Source of the DNA: Kudoa neothunni
Taxonomy: Eukaryota > Animalia > Cnidaria
Direction of reading: 5' to 3'
Length of the DNA: 64,000 nt
Assembly: GCA_964304625.1 (NCBI GenBank)
Contig: OZ199838.1
Location: 12,777,843 to 12,841,842, forward strand
In this document: positions 25,201-39,061 of the stretch, piece after piece
Layout: each line of letters opens with the position of its first letter
Numbering within the stretch: position 1 is the stretch's first letter
Position numbers and translations under genes: made by a program
The notes under the pieces: model-generated
Seen by the model: the letters and a program-made list of their open reading frames with translations, nothing else
Databases searched by the model: none
Told to the model about the DNA's origin: nothing

Positions 25201-28200
25201 GGCAGATGCGTGGTTAAAGGATTTGTCGTGGGGAGAAAACATTATGGTTTTGCTACTTTTCCTGATGAGATTGATGTGTTTGGGATGAATCTTGATGAGA
25301 TTGTAATTTTCAATCGTGCGCTTGTTGAAATCTATCCTGACGACTATCCCAACAAACCACCTCAAGGTCAAGGTCTTAATCGTCGTGCTATTATCACATT
25401 GTATAATGTGTTTCCTTATGATTCGTCAGAGAATGGTGGTATTGTGAAAGATGTGGAGTTTTTATCAAGTGCTGCTTATATTGAAACGATGGAAAATCTA
25501 ACTCTTAGTTTGGGGGCGCTGTTCCTTGATTACAACCCAATAGATGGGACTTGGACATTTGAAGTACCTCATTTCACCAAGTATGGATTGGACCTGAGTC
25601 GCGAGTGTGGTGGGTCGTCCATGATTGTTAATGACCATAGCAATGCCGTTTCTATGACTTCATTGTCTAAGCAGGAGACTAACTCCAACCGACATAATTT
25701 TTCAACTACATCATTAACTAAATTTTTAAAGAACCAACATGAACATGAAGACGTTAATTTTTCTAACATGGTTTCTCATGGTCATTCCATTGTTGAAGAT
25801 CCTATTGTAATTGTAGAAAGTTTGGGAGGTGAAATTCCAAATGTAGTTGTTGATGAAACTGTAAATATCGCGGATTTTTGCGAGGTGGCAAATAAATCAC
25901 CTGAAAATGTTGATCAAGCTGATGGTGCCAATTTTTTTTGTACGTCCCCGAACAAAAGAAAGCGATATTCCACAAACAGTGAGATCTGTGAATCTAGTTC
26001 CGATGACGACCAAGTTTTTACCAAGAACCTTCGTAGCAATTGTAATTCTGTGATATCTTCGAAAAGGAATGGTCACGTGACACACACTCCCACAAAAATT
26101 GCTAAACAGACAGCAAATATCAATCCAATTTACTACGAAAGCACATCTGTGACCAATAATAAAGCTGGATGTACATTTCCAAAAACTTTAGTTCCGGATA
26201 ACATCAATCAATGTAAGTATTGTTTTAAGCGAAACTTATGATAGTAGATAGAAACTATTTAGTTAGTGTATTAAAAATTGCTTTTGTTTTTATTTCTGAG
26301 AGCAAGTGGCTGTTGATCCTCCCCATTAAGCTAACAATTAATCTATTATTAATATTAATATAATAATGTGTAGTAGTTGGTAGATAATGTGGGTTAAAAT
26401 TGTTTGATTTTTTACTTTAATTCTGTCAAAGAGAATAGTTTAAAGTTAGATCATTTATTTTTTTGGACTTTTAGATGAACCCGTAGCGAATTTTAAATGA
26501 ATTAAATTAATGCGCCTGCGTAATTAAAAGGATGTCAAGTTTAATTAACTTTAGCCGTAAAATAATTGTCTATATATATTAGTCTATAAGTATTGTTACT
26601 TGTTTAAAAGCTGATTGCGAATTAGTAGTTAAAAATAAATGCACTGAATAAGAGTTTGTAGATGGGTATACGAAAAGTAGTTCTATCTTCTGTCAATTTT
26701 TTATTCCTGAAACTAATAAGATTTGAAATTAGACACATATCAACCATCAATTTTCGCGTCTACTCTACCATACGAAAGCAGTTCCATTGTTGTTGATAGC
26801 AGCCGGTCGTTGGTGGAATGTTTTATAGAAATGCAATCCAAATGTGGACGAGGGATTTCACCTGACCGAAATTGTTTCCTTGTACAAGATAGACCAGTGT
26901 GCGATGTTGCACAACTTTTTCGTTTCGCAAGCAACATTGGTTGTTGCAGTTACACTATGGCATATGTCCAACCTCGTTTGCTTGTCAACAATTGTGCTCT
27001 AATGAACAATATCACTTCTCTTACACCACAAGTGATACATGTGACATCTATGCAACATGAGATTTGTGATCATAATTACATGAATCCAAAGACTGTAAAC
27101 TGTGTATTCGATTTGTTAAGCCGATACTCATCCCAAAAAGATTCTGATGGCGTTAATGATATTACTCAAAGATGTTTAACCTCAAGAACGTTGGCGTTGA
27201 AGTTTATTGATGAATTGGTAGAGGTCACCTCACAGTCAGTCGTCAAACCTAATTGTTACCTTGGGCCCCTGTTTATGTTGTTGAAGATCTTATTTGGGGG
27301 CCATGATGCGAGTTTGAATAATCCGGCTACTTTGGGAGTTAAGACGTCGTCAGCTTTGTCAACTGAGGAAAGCCATCAAAAAAATCAACTATTGGATTGG
27401 ATCAAAAAGATGACTCAACCAACTGTAGTCAACACAGTTCGCACTATCAACGCCGAACACGAATCAGATCCTTACAAAGCTGTAAAAATCGCCAATTGTT
27501 ACATCGCCAGTCAACGCTGCAATCAAGCAACAGACATACTCTCCGGCAACAATTTTGACCAACTTGCCTTGATATCCACAATGGTGCATGCAGACAATGT
27601 CTCCAAATACAGGGTTGGTTGCCAGATCGAAAAGTGGCGCCAATCGAACTCTGTCAGTGAGGTTGGTGATGATGTGTTGACGTTGTTGTCGATTGTGTCC
27701 GGCTCAAATTCTTATCCGGTCCAATCTGACACTACACTCAACGACAACACTCAAAGTTTGCTGATGGACACCAGTAATATGAGTCAAGACAGCAACCTTA
27801 CACAATCCAAAACTGCTTATTTCAATTACCCTTATTGGGTTAATTTCGACTGGATATCAGCATTCGGTTTGTTTTTGTTCAACTATTCCAAATCTGACCT
27901 CACTATCAAAACCGCATTCAAATGTTTCACTACCGCCACCGAAAGAATTTCCAAGGAATATTCGCATTGTAGGCTGTTCAATGAGTTAGGAGAAGATTCG
28001 CTTACGCGTTTCTTCTCAAAACTTACTCGTTCGATGTTCTATCTTTATTGTGGAAACGAAAAACCTTTCTATGAACTGGTAGATGAGTTTGTGGTTGTCA
28101 ATGAAAACTATTCTCCTACAATCCCCGTCGTATGGCTGGTGGTTGTTTTGCTTGACAGGATCGTTGATAAAAGCCCCATCTCCAAACTGCTACTAGTAAC

Positions 28201-28893
28201 CGTCACCACACGATTCAGTGAACTTCTCGAACACAGTGGCCAATGGGAAAAAGCAATTTTCGTGCTAAATTTTATAGATTCGCCACATGCCTATTGTCGT
28301 CAAATACGGGACATTATAATGAGAAACTTTAAATTAATGCATCAACATGCTGAATTTTTACACCAACACAACCTTATTCCTCGCTATTCTGATATCACGC
28401 TAATGTGTTCTATTGCTTACATAAAAAGTTATCCTTTTGAAGGTAGAATTGATTTTTGCTGAGACGTCAACTAAGATTGCTCTTAGATTTAAAGGTGTTA
28501 CAGGATATCATCAATAGTCAAAACAATTCACTCAAAAATGATGTATGTGTTTATGTGGTTACAACAAATTAAATTAAACTTATATCTCGTTTAGCTGGTC
28601 AATGGCGTTCTAGTCGATGTTGTGAAATATGCTTCGATGATTGAGATGGTGTTGTATAGATTGGGTCAATTCAGCACTCGCTCCCATTCCGAACATCGTG
28701 TCGTCGAGGAACTGCGTAGCAAATGCACAGACATGTTTATTTCTATCAATAAAGTACAAATTTCTACGTATCCTATGTCAGCTGGTAATTCCTTTCTATA
28801 GACTTTAGCCTCAAAGTTGGAATTGCTTTGCTGACCAATTATCATTTAAAATTACCATGCCATAAATTCTTGTATAGTGGAACTACTGTTTAG
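22217..28893 (+). CDS. NUP98: Nup98-Nup96 polyprotein (multi-exon; one apparent frameshift near 22917; 3' end approximate)
   Basis: Small 5' exons encode a GLEBS-like motif (YKSISAMKQFSDTPIDELR). G/L/T/N-rich repeat domain. Autoproteolysis domain DYYTKPTLDEL..GFVVGRKHYG..VEIYPD..KPPQGQGLN..GTWTFEVPHFTKYGL. In-frame phase-1 intron 26213-26720 joins to the Nup96 part (FSELLEHSGQWEKAIFVLNFI). Confidence 0.95.
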
Positions 28894-31316
28894 TATGTTC
28901 AATTTCTTTTTCGTATTTGTTTCTCTATGCTAACCTGCTCCTTCATCTATTAATTTTAAAAGCGCATCTTTCCGATCCTATTCTAATTCATGTCCTTGCA
29001 AAACGCATAAGGTTTCCCTACCTATGATTATGTGAGTTTCGCGTTTAATTTCGTGAAAAACGAGAATGACAATAATAAAGGAACCGCTTAAAAATTAAGA
29101 AAGATCATACTATTCATGTTCGTCAATTTTGTAGGGGTTAAATCTACAGATTTAAAAAATGTACGTTTAGTTAAATTATTTACTCCAATCATTCAACTAG
29201 GACTAAATTTTAGCATAAATTGCTGAAAAATTTTAGTAGAATATTTCGTTATAATCCATTCATATTAGTTAATTCATGCCATGAAGTTTATTTTAGAAAT
29301 TACCTTTCTAAATTTTAATTTTTTTGCAAAATGTAACTCCCTTCGTGCGGCTTATCGGGCTATGAAATTTTTGTCGTTCAGATCCCCTCAACGGACGCTG
29401 TTGGCACAACAGCAAATGGATTAAAGGCACTGGCTATTGCTACAGATCCTTATAATCCGCGTGTGCGGGTTGTCTATTGCTACGTGAAGGAATAACTCCA
29501 AATCTACAAACTCATTTAAATTTGAAATTTATATTTGTAATTAATGATTTTTGGCCTAACATAATTAACGGGGTTAGAGAAAATTTGAGCTATTGAAATT
29601 TCTAATATTTTGACTACACATTTCGTGTTTTATGTTTTGTTGTGCGTAATGTTATGCACATATTTTAATCCTTTACCAATAAAAGTCTCTTTAACTAGAA
29701 CGCGAATATTAAACATTATATTTTATGTATAGAAACGCCCACCATATTACATCTGATTGCAAAAATGTTTAATCTAGCGTAGCTAATGTAATCTGTTAAA
29801 ATTTTCTGAAATATGTTTTTATGTAATGAAAGAATTGTATTTATTATATATACTTGATTTTTAGATTATATTCATGTATCTATTCTTACATATCTACAAA
29901 GAATATTAAAAATTAACGCTATTCATGGAAAACGATTAGAGTATTCTATGTAATGAATTCAGTAAATTTTTAAGGTAACTTATTTTAGGGAATATTTAAT
30001 TTAATAGTTAGACTCAATATAAAAGCTTAATTTTTTCTGAAATACGTTATCTGAAATTAATGTCCACAACAGAAAGAAGCACGTTTTGTATTCATTGTTA
30101 CAGTAACCCGTGCGTGAATCTAAGTTGCCACTGCATCGTCACTTGTACGATGGAATCCTCCCCTGGATTGAAAGCTGACTTATATAACTCATTAAAAAGT
30201 CATCTCTATCGTTATGATAATCCTTTTTTCTGGAAATTAAAAATGAGGGAATTACGAAAAATACAAAATTCCCAACCTAAAATTCTAAAATATTTTAATG
30301 AAGCTTTGATTTATTACAAAATAACGTTGGTATTATTTTTGACTCTTTATAAAAATAGGAGCTGAAAGATAACAAAAATCGTCAACATGTAGAGGTAAGT
30401 GACCTCCTGACCTTATTTTTAGAGCTAGAACCGATATGCAAAATTTTATCCCATCAACAAAATAAATATCGATTTCTCAGATAATCATCTTTTCGAATTA
30501 ATATCATTTCGAACTAATAAAAGCGTAAAAAAACAAATGTTACTCCATGAAACAGGTATAAATATCACATTGAAGTCACTACACAATGTGAAAACAAAGG
30601 TAGTAACCAACATAAATGTATTTACAACTTAAAATATACTATGTGAGAATTTTGGTCGTGAAGTTTAAATTCTAAAATATGGCAGTAATAACATTACTGG
30701 GTTATCTTTGTTGATTATCTAGTGCAACGAAATCTTCAATTTTTCTAAAAATTAATGCTAATGGATGCAATATATAAATTTTTGAACTCACGTTGATCGT
30801 AAATTCAAATAATTCGGATAACTTCCGCAATTTATATTATTATTAGTGTACCCATTTATTTAACTGCTGCTATCGATTCGATTTGAGAAGTTCGCATAAC
30901 ATAAGCAAGCATTTTCTGTAAGAAAATTCAAGTAACCATGGATAGCTTCTTGAAACAAATTTTAGTATGCATCTCTATTTTTAATGAAAAATTATGTATT
31001 GTTGTTACTGGTAAGACCATAAAGTAAGGAAATGTTCTTGAATTGTTTTTCAAGTACCCATCTTACCTGTAAATTTCATGTAAGCCAAATATTTCAAAGA
31101 GAGGTTGGCACAAATTTTATAAAATGGCAACTGATATTCGAAATAGAATCATTAAAATGTTAACAAATATTAGTTAGCGTTATCATTCCCACCGGATGTT
31201 AAAGCAATAGGATGGCCTAACGAATCTAGGCTAACGATCTTCGTTTTTTCGAGATAGAGAAAACCCCCGAAACAAAAATATTTCATATATTAATGAGACT
31301 AAAGTTTACTTTAGAT

Positions 31317-31975
31317 TAGGGGTTCTCAACCATTTTTCTAATTACCCCCTCAGCCTGACGAAAAATCACGAGTTATCCCTTAGCTTGGAAACCAAATTCA
31401 TACTTACCTTAAGGTTTCATACGGGTTTAGTTATAGCAGAGGCTATTATGAGGATAAATTCTGGTCCTAAAAGGCATATAAGCTTGCATAATGGCAATTT
31501 TTAGTCACATAAACTCTTACTCACAAGTTGTGTACAGATTTAATCTTTTTGACTTTGCCGAATTAAATTATTTTTTCCCCATCCTTTTACTCTTAGGAGC
31601 TAGAAATAATTATAAATAGTCAAAACTAATGACACTTGATTATTATTTACCATGAAAATAGTCATTTAATAATAATAATAATTATTATTAGGCTACACCA
31701 ATCAAAGATAAGATAAATAAGACATAAAACAAAGAGACTGATAGTAGTTTTATAAATAGCAGCTAAAACTTATTCCTAAAACCACTTCAAGAATGTTTTC
31801 CTAATTCTTATTGAGTTTAATAACGCTGAATAATATAATCCCTTAGAAATCCTGAAGGACGTCACAAAACCACAATTCAAAAATCGCCATTATCTAATTT
31901 GGATATTACTTAATTTACCCCTATCGGTTAAATTTTCTCCCCAAGGGGTAATTTACTCCCTATTGAGAACCTCTG
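31317..31975. mobile_element. hAT (Buster-type) MITE, 659 bp
   Basis: TIRs TAGGGGTTCTCAA / TTGAGAACCTCTG. Perfect 8-bp TSD CTTTAGAT (NNNTANNN). Confidence 0.9.
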
Positions 31976-32539
31976 CTTTAGATCAATGATGCACAAAATT
32001 CTGGAGTCTCGGGCCAAATTATAACCTTCGAAAACTTCTGGGGCCCATAAAGTTTAAAACTAAAGTTACATCTCATATTTTGGATAAATTTAAGAATTTT
32101 GAAACGCAATATTCAAATAAAGTCGAGATTGGATATTACGTGGGATTTTGGGACTAGCAAAAAACACGTAATAAAAAGCTTTTACACAATATCCAGTCTT
32201 ATGTGTGCACGTCCCACTGTAAAATACGATTTTCTCGTGCATACGTTTAATGCTTATTTCTACAAACCAGCTTTTTTAAAACAAAAATAAAATTGAGATG
32301 AATTATAGGAATGTCGTAAAATTTTTTGACAAAATTAAACGATTTTTGTGTCGAAACCTTACCATTGATATTTTTTAAATTCTGTCCTTTATGTGATATA
32401 AATAAAACAATCCAGATAGATCTTCGTGAATTAAAACTTTCTTTAAAATGTTAACTATATTTTTTATATGTTTGATTAAAATGTTGACTTCTTTAATAAT
32501 TGGTTCTATAATATCAGATGAACAATTTGTAGACAATAA

Positions 32540-33480
32540 GTTCTCATGATTTTGACCCTCACATGTTGCCGCATTATCATCGTCAAAAATCTATTCGCAA
32601 TCTTCGACTTCATTTAAGTTAAATTAATTTGGTATACATAAAATTTTACTTTGAGAACTGTTTCTGATTTGGGATATCTTTCTTAAATCTTCTTGTTCTA
32701 TAAATTGCTTATAACTTTATTATTGCAGTATTATTTATTACCATCAAATATTTTTAATTATCCAAACAATTAGAAATAATTTATAGTGTGATACTCCTTA
32801 GAATTTAGTTAATGACAAGATTGAGTTTGGCAATGTACATTTCTCGATGATGGAATCTTCACATAAAACCGTGTGCATGGTCATTGTACTTCTGTACCTA
32901 TTTAATGCATTAAATGATGCATAAATTAATAGATTGTAAAATTTTAGTTGTATTTTTGTGAGGTAAAAAATTTAGATATTTAATAAAAATCAATATTTTT
33001 GGGGTAAACAGGATACTGATCAAACAAAATTAAAACCTTTCTGCTTTCATCTATCATCCTTTTGTTCAACTGTCTCATTATCTTCATCAATACACTACAC
33101 ATCATCCATGTGTTTTTCTTGAATATTATTCATGCGGGAGGTGTTTAAATCAATTAAAACTGATGGAAGTTGATCCTTATTTAAAGAAGAATGACGTTAA
33201 ACAATTAACACTTTTTTTGGATATTTTTTCCCTTATATTCGGACTTCGTCCTTTAAAACATAACCAATGTTATGTAACTGCTCGTAAAAGAAGGGCAGTA
33301 TCATCAATTTTTATGACGCCTTTAGGATTATATGCCCCAGCCAAATTAATGTTTTCAACAGTCCATGAGTCTGCGATACTCGTATCTAAATTAGAAATCT
33401 AACACTATAACAATCATTCCCATAACATTCATTACAAATGATGTATTAAAGATAAAATTATTTATTGCTGTATTTAAAAA
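32540..33480 (-). pseudogene. Highly decayed pogo/Tigger transposase
   Basis: Minus-strand fragments YNPKGVIKIDDTALLLRA, RQLNKRMIDESRKVLILFDQYPVYP and FLPHKNTTKILQSINLCII correspond to the DDE_1 motifs. Limits approximate. Confidence 0.7.
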
Positions 33481-35400
33481 GGTATAATTCGATGTAATTT
33501 GTACCATTTTATAGATATCCTTTGATTTTTAAACATAAATGTTTATAACAAAGGTGCATCAACATTTATCAGCTTAGCGCAGAAATAGTTTTTTATCTAT
33601 CGTCTTAATTTTATTGATTGATAATGCGATAATGCGCTAAAAAAATTACGATTTTTATAATTTTGTGTTATTTAAATCGTATTTTGGAATTCAAATACTA
33701 CGTAATAAATTTTAAGAAAATTATTTCTATTCGTTGGTGATATTCAAGTCACAAAAAATTTGTTGTAGTCTGAAATATCATAAATGTAATTAATTTTGAT
33801 TAACTTGATTATATTCATATTTATAACTTAGGCCACTTGTTTAAGTACGATATAATATGTTGAATGTCATGTTTAAAATAACTATGAAATAATTCTATCA
33901 GAGTTATTGTTTAAATATTTCATATCTACTTAATGGGTAATATTAACTTTTCATAATTTCGGATAAGATAAAAATTTATTAAATATAAATCCGGTTATTT
34001 CAATTGTAACTTACAATAGTAAGTCATCACATAATTTCTGTATTTTAAAAAATTTATAATTCCTTATTAAGTTAATCTAATTGGAAGCGTTTTTAAATTA
34101 ACTTATATGCATACTTTTTTATTGTGCCAAAAATGTTAGAAAAGCCAACAATAAGTATTTAAGTTCTCAAAAAACGCATAGTCAACAATGCGACCCTCCA
34201 AGTTTTTGTAATGCGCCAATGTGGCCCGCACACTCAAAAGTTGTGCCCACCAATGATTTACTGAATAGTCCCGACGGGGTTGGAACTCTCGAGCCATAGA
34301 CTGTAGGCGATGATGCCATACCGCTCTATTGCTGATCACGAATATTCTAACTTTGGTTAAATCCTTATAATTAGAGATCGTAGTTTCCGATTAAAATTGA
34401 TTTTGGCCGTCGAATTTTGAAAATAATTTCGACGTTTATTTTCTAGGAAAATTAAAAATCTTCCGAAAAACTTGAAATGGGTAGTAACCGGAGAGAAATT
34501 GATAGTTTTCTTGTTGAATAGATCGATATAGAGAAGGTGAAAAATGAATTTGCTTCTTAATATTGCAACGTGAAATTATCTCTACGACAAAATAGAATTT
34601 ACGAGAAAATAAGAGCAAATAAACATCGTTAAAAAACGTTTTAAGACACTCCTCTGTTAGTTATTTTTGTAGAGGTGAGAAAAATTCGGGTTCTGTTATT
34701 GTTCTCGACATTATTCCGATATAGCTATTTGATAAGAAAAGTTTTTCGTGAGGAGTTTGTTTCAAATTTTTTTAATTTGATATGTGTAAACATGCGCGCA
34801 CGCGTATTACGAAATCGACCAAAATAAATGCCGGAAACTGCAATCCCTGGGTATAATCAACTATTACACTAAATAGTGAAAAAATTGGCGAAACCACAAA
34901 ATTAACGAATATTTTCAAAAAAATTATTTGTATCATTTGTGCATGTGCGTGAGTCGGTATTGCAGGAATTTTTGGGATAAAGCAAAAGTTACGCAATATC
35001 GAGAGTTTACTGTACGCATTTTTAAGTGAATGCAAAAGATAAAGAATGGTTAAACTCTCAACCATATCAGTAATTTTGAATGAAAAAATAACAAAATTGT
35101 TATAACTGAGAAATAAAAATTAGCTTCAAACATTAGAGAATTCAATTTTAAATATCTCAGTTATTTTATAAGGTATTAGTTGCTGTTAGAATAGCCAGTA
35201 ACATAATCCAAATAAATGAATCAAAACTTTAAGAAATTTAATTTTTTTTGTTTTACTGTTAGTAGACTCACGAATAAGTAATCACTATAGAATTATTTAG
35301 TTATTAAGAGTGGGTTATAGAAAACAAGATATAAAGAAAAAACTGCATTCAATAATGAAACGAAAAACTATGATCAATTATTAAAACATATAATAAAGCA

Positions 35401-37160
35401 TTAATCCTTCAAGCGTTTTTGTGGTCCAAACGGACCCCAAGCCTACTTTCACCTCAATTCATTGCTCACTGAAAACGTTAAATTGGCTGGATCCAATCGT
35501 TATTCTTTTAAAAGTTTCTATATATTCATAATTTAACATTAAAATTAAGAATTTTTTGTTTGCTAGGATTTCATATCAAATACTTACACCATATGACGGA
35601 TTATCATTGTTTAATCAACATTAATTATTTATTAAACACAAAACCACGCTAGTTAGTGATAAATAAGTCTGTTACAATCGTTGTCTCGCACAGCGCGTAT
35701 AAATTTAATAACACACCAAGCAGTTTTGGTGTCCATGAGAACCCCGCGTTTTTATTTCACAAAAACATTTATCAAATTATAAAAAAATAAAATATTTTAA
35801 TCTCGAAAGGTTACATCCATTAAAAATTGTGAAACATCAAAGTCTATGTTTCTGGCATTGATCGAGAAATGCCGATTGTTGCCGCCCGCTAGAAATGGAA
35901 GAGTTATATGATGGTTTTTTAACAAGTTATGTTTCCGATTGCAGTGAAATTGAAGAATGATTCTATTCATCTTGTGATAGTTCAAATGATTATGGCATCG
36001 CTAACACATATAGGGAAAAAACAAAGTGTTTTGGTCTTCGATTGTACCTTCAAATACAAAAATCGAGGAAGGAAACATTTTAAACAAACCTCTAGGTCTA
36101 ACTGCATTCGCAGAATCCAGAATTTACAATTTACAGAACAGTTTTTATATTTTTTTGATGATGAGTTTTTCAATGCTGTAATTATTCAAACTAATGAATT
36201 GGTGCTTTAATTACGGAAATAAATGGTAAAATCTGAATATAATGCAATATAAAGTATATATGGGAATTCTTAAATATAAGTTGTCAATCTTGAAATCTAA
36301 ATTGGAGTCTCTTAAGCAATTGTAGAGATTGAATAAAGGACATCATATACTTCATAGGATCATGCTGCTTCATAGATTCATACAAATGAACAGAACTGTA
36401 CACTTTGATGACTGCGAGACAAGAGTTTGCGATGAGAAATCGATAAGTTTTTCCCGGCAACTGAAGTTTTCAATAGGTGGAAAAGTAATTTGTCGATGTG
36501 TCTAATTCCCTCTGCTCATCTTACAATGGATGAAGAATTAGTTTTATTGAGAGGCGGATGTTCCCTCCAAACTTGCGGTTTATGTCATTAAATTTTTTCT
36601 TTTAACTGACCCACATACCAAGTATACACGTAATATTTTCGTTTTTATTGGAAGAAACAATGGCCAGATTATTAAATGTGTTGATGAAAAGGTTGTTTTA
36701 GAGCTCTCATCGCATTTAAAAAGGCCAACAGAAACATTTTTTACGATAATTTTTCCACTTCGATTCCGTTGACAAACAAACTTCTTAACCTAGGTTTAAC
36801 CCTTCTGGAAACTATCCGGCTTAATAAACAAGATATCTCACTAATTCCTAAAACCAAGTAATGGAGGGAGTTTTTGGTTCAGTTTTCCTAGAATGGACAA
36901 GACGTTCATTTAATTGGCTACGTTCTCAAACAATGTTAATTTATGCCATGATCAGACAAAAAATACCCAACTTATCTTCGATTATAACAAAACTAAGGGT
37001 GTGTGGATACGGTAGATAATATCCCGTCCACGACGAAAAAAGATGTACTTTATGAGCTCGATTCTCTGATATAAAAATAAAGAACAAATGTTACAATTGC
37101 TCCGAACATCATTGTAACTAACATTCGAGAATTATTTGTTACAAATTATATTTTTAGACT
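35401..37160 (+). mobile_element. Decayed piggyBac transposon
   Basis: Left end TTAA-TCCTTC plus GGTCCAAACGGACC palindrome. Fragments FFDDEFFNAVIIQTN, HFDD, LTMDEELVLLRGGC, YNKTKG/VDTVD and a Cys/His-rich tail. Right end not found. Confidence 0.8.
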
Positions 37161-38112
37161 TTTTAGCTTAATTAAGGAATATATTAATTATTTGATCATT
37201 AATTATTAATCCATACTTTATCATGAATGATTGACTTTTAGGTAAACTCGCGACGGTAGATATGCCTAATTCTTTTATGAATATCAGTTAGGTAATATTG
37301 TATTTTATATCATTTCAAAAAAATATTATAAAAAAATTATAAGAATTGATAAATCAGAATCATGTTGTTACAAGTGAACATATGTATTTTCAGATATTCG
37401 AATTTTGAAAAATTCGAGTATCCTTTTAGTATCTAGATAATGCTGTGAAAAGATCATATAGTAAATTAAAATATAATTTCATTAACATTTAAACATGTAA
37501 AATAATTTCCTTTTAGAAATTAGATAATTAAGTTTAATATATATGATTTTCTTTCTATGGTTATTTTGTTTCGCTTTCAATATTTAATGGAAAATTAATT
37601 TCATCAAAAATTAGGATGAAATCATAATTTGAGTTGAGAGAAGTTTAAATAAAGTCGCATAGCATAGATGCGGCGAACATACTTAACGAGAATTTGAACT
37701 TGTGAACTTAAGGTTGACGATCTATTGAACATACCAACCAAATTATTTCCTCGCTTTCAAACGAACATAGCGAAATACAGGATTCGGATTACTCGACTGC
37801 GAAGATTTACGTATTATAGTTGAAATAAACATTTAATACACCAGTATTGGCTTAATTATAATAATTCTAAAGTTTTTCAATGTTGTTCGTAATATATGCT
37901 GCATGATATCTCAGGTTTGTCAATTTAATTTGAATTATGTTATTTCAAAATAATTAATATTGACTAAATGATATGATTATGTATTTTTTAAAAAATTTCA
38001 CTGATAAACTTAGCTAAATAAACATTTGATTGGGATATAATCACATCAAAAGTATGACTTAAACACTCGCATATTTCGTATGGGTGTGGTCCGCGCACGC
38101 ATCATAACAAAT

Positions 38113-38707
38113 ATGAACTCTTTCACAACTGAAGTATAAACACTGTAACATGATTGATCAGTTAGATAACTTCCTATAGTATGGATCTACCACGGCCTTG
38201 AATTTCGAGCAAAACTTTGAAAGCTTTTACATTTTAAGAGATTATTCAGATGGTACGGGAGTAAAATTTCAAACCCGGTATCCTGAGATATTCGAAGGAC
38301 AGGCAAGAAAATGATTGATTTTATTCTATTTATTTATTTATAGATAACTAAAGAAGAATATGGGGTGGTTCTGTCAGAAATTAATCGATTATTTGCAGAA
38401 GTAGAAACATTTGGACCATCAGTTTACCTTAAAGGATGGTTATCTTGTTTGACGGGTTACTTGGCTGATTTTTGTTTGCCAAATCCATACAATCGAGTAT
38501 ACATTGGTCTATTGTTATTCAACTAACAACAATTAGGCATTAAAGAAACTGGACAGATTAGTTGAAGATCAAAATGTGTCCATTTTTCATCCTAGAGGAC
38601 TACATTTGCACAATCCGATGGAAAAATCACTTCGACTTGTATAACCATTCCATTTTGCTTTTTCATAATATGTTTAGATTGAAATAAGCTCATTACAGAG
38701 GAACTGA
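38113..38707 (+). CDS. GOLGA7: Golgin subfamily A member 7 (GOLGA7/Erf4-like palmitoyltransferase accessory subunit), 5 exons
   Basis: Spliced product FYILRDYSDGTGVKFQTRYP..EINRLFAEVETFGPSVYLKGWLSCLTGYLADFC..ALKKLDRLVEDQNVSIFHPRGLHLHNPMEKSLRLIEIS matches the GOLGA7 sequence as I recall it throughout. Missed by the ORF track because of tiny exons. Confidence 0.9.
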
Positions 38708-39061
38708 AGGCTGTTGATAATTGTATAAGGAAGATCAGGAATAAATAGCCTGAATTTTCATATTTATAAAAAAATATTTTGTATACTTTAGGATTTTTTA
38801 CATTTCTTTGTTTATTCGTAATTATAAAGATAAAAGGGTTTTATTTATTTAATGAATATTAGATTCATTTATGAGCCTATTTTAATGGGATGAAACGATA
38901 GGTGTTTGTGTATTTTGTAGTTTCTACCTATTTGAATTAGAGAGTAAAAATATTTTGCTATTGAAATAAAACAAGTATTTGGACAAATTCAATATATTAT
39001 TCATGCCATGAATGAACCCGACATTTGATATCCAATATAAAACATATCTCTTGAAGTTCGA

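Noticed and set aside
22778-26937. Many alternate-frame and antisense ORFs within NUP98
   Set aside because: Shadows of the Gly/Thr-rich codon bias of the real CDS.
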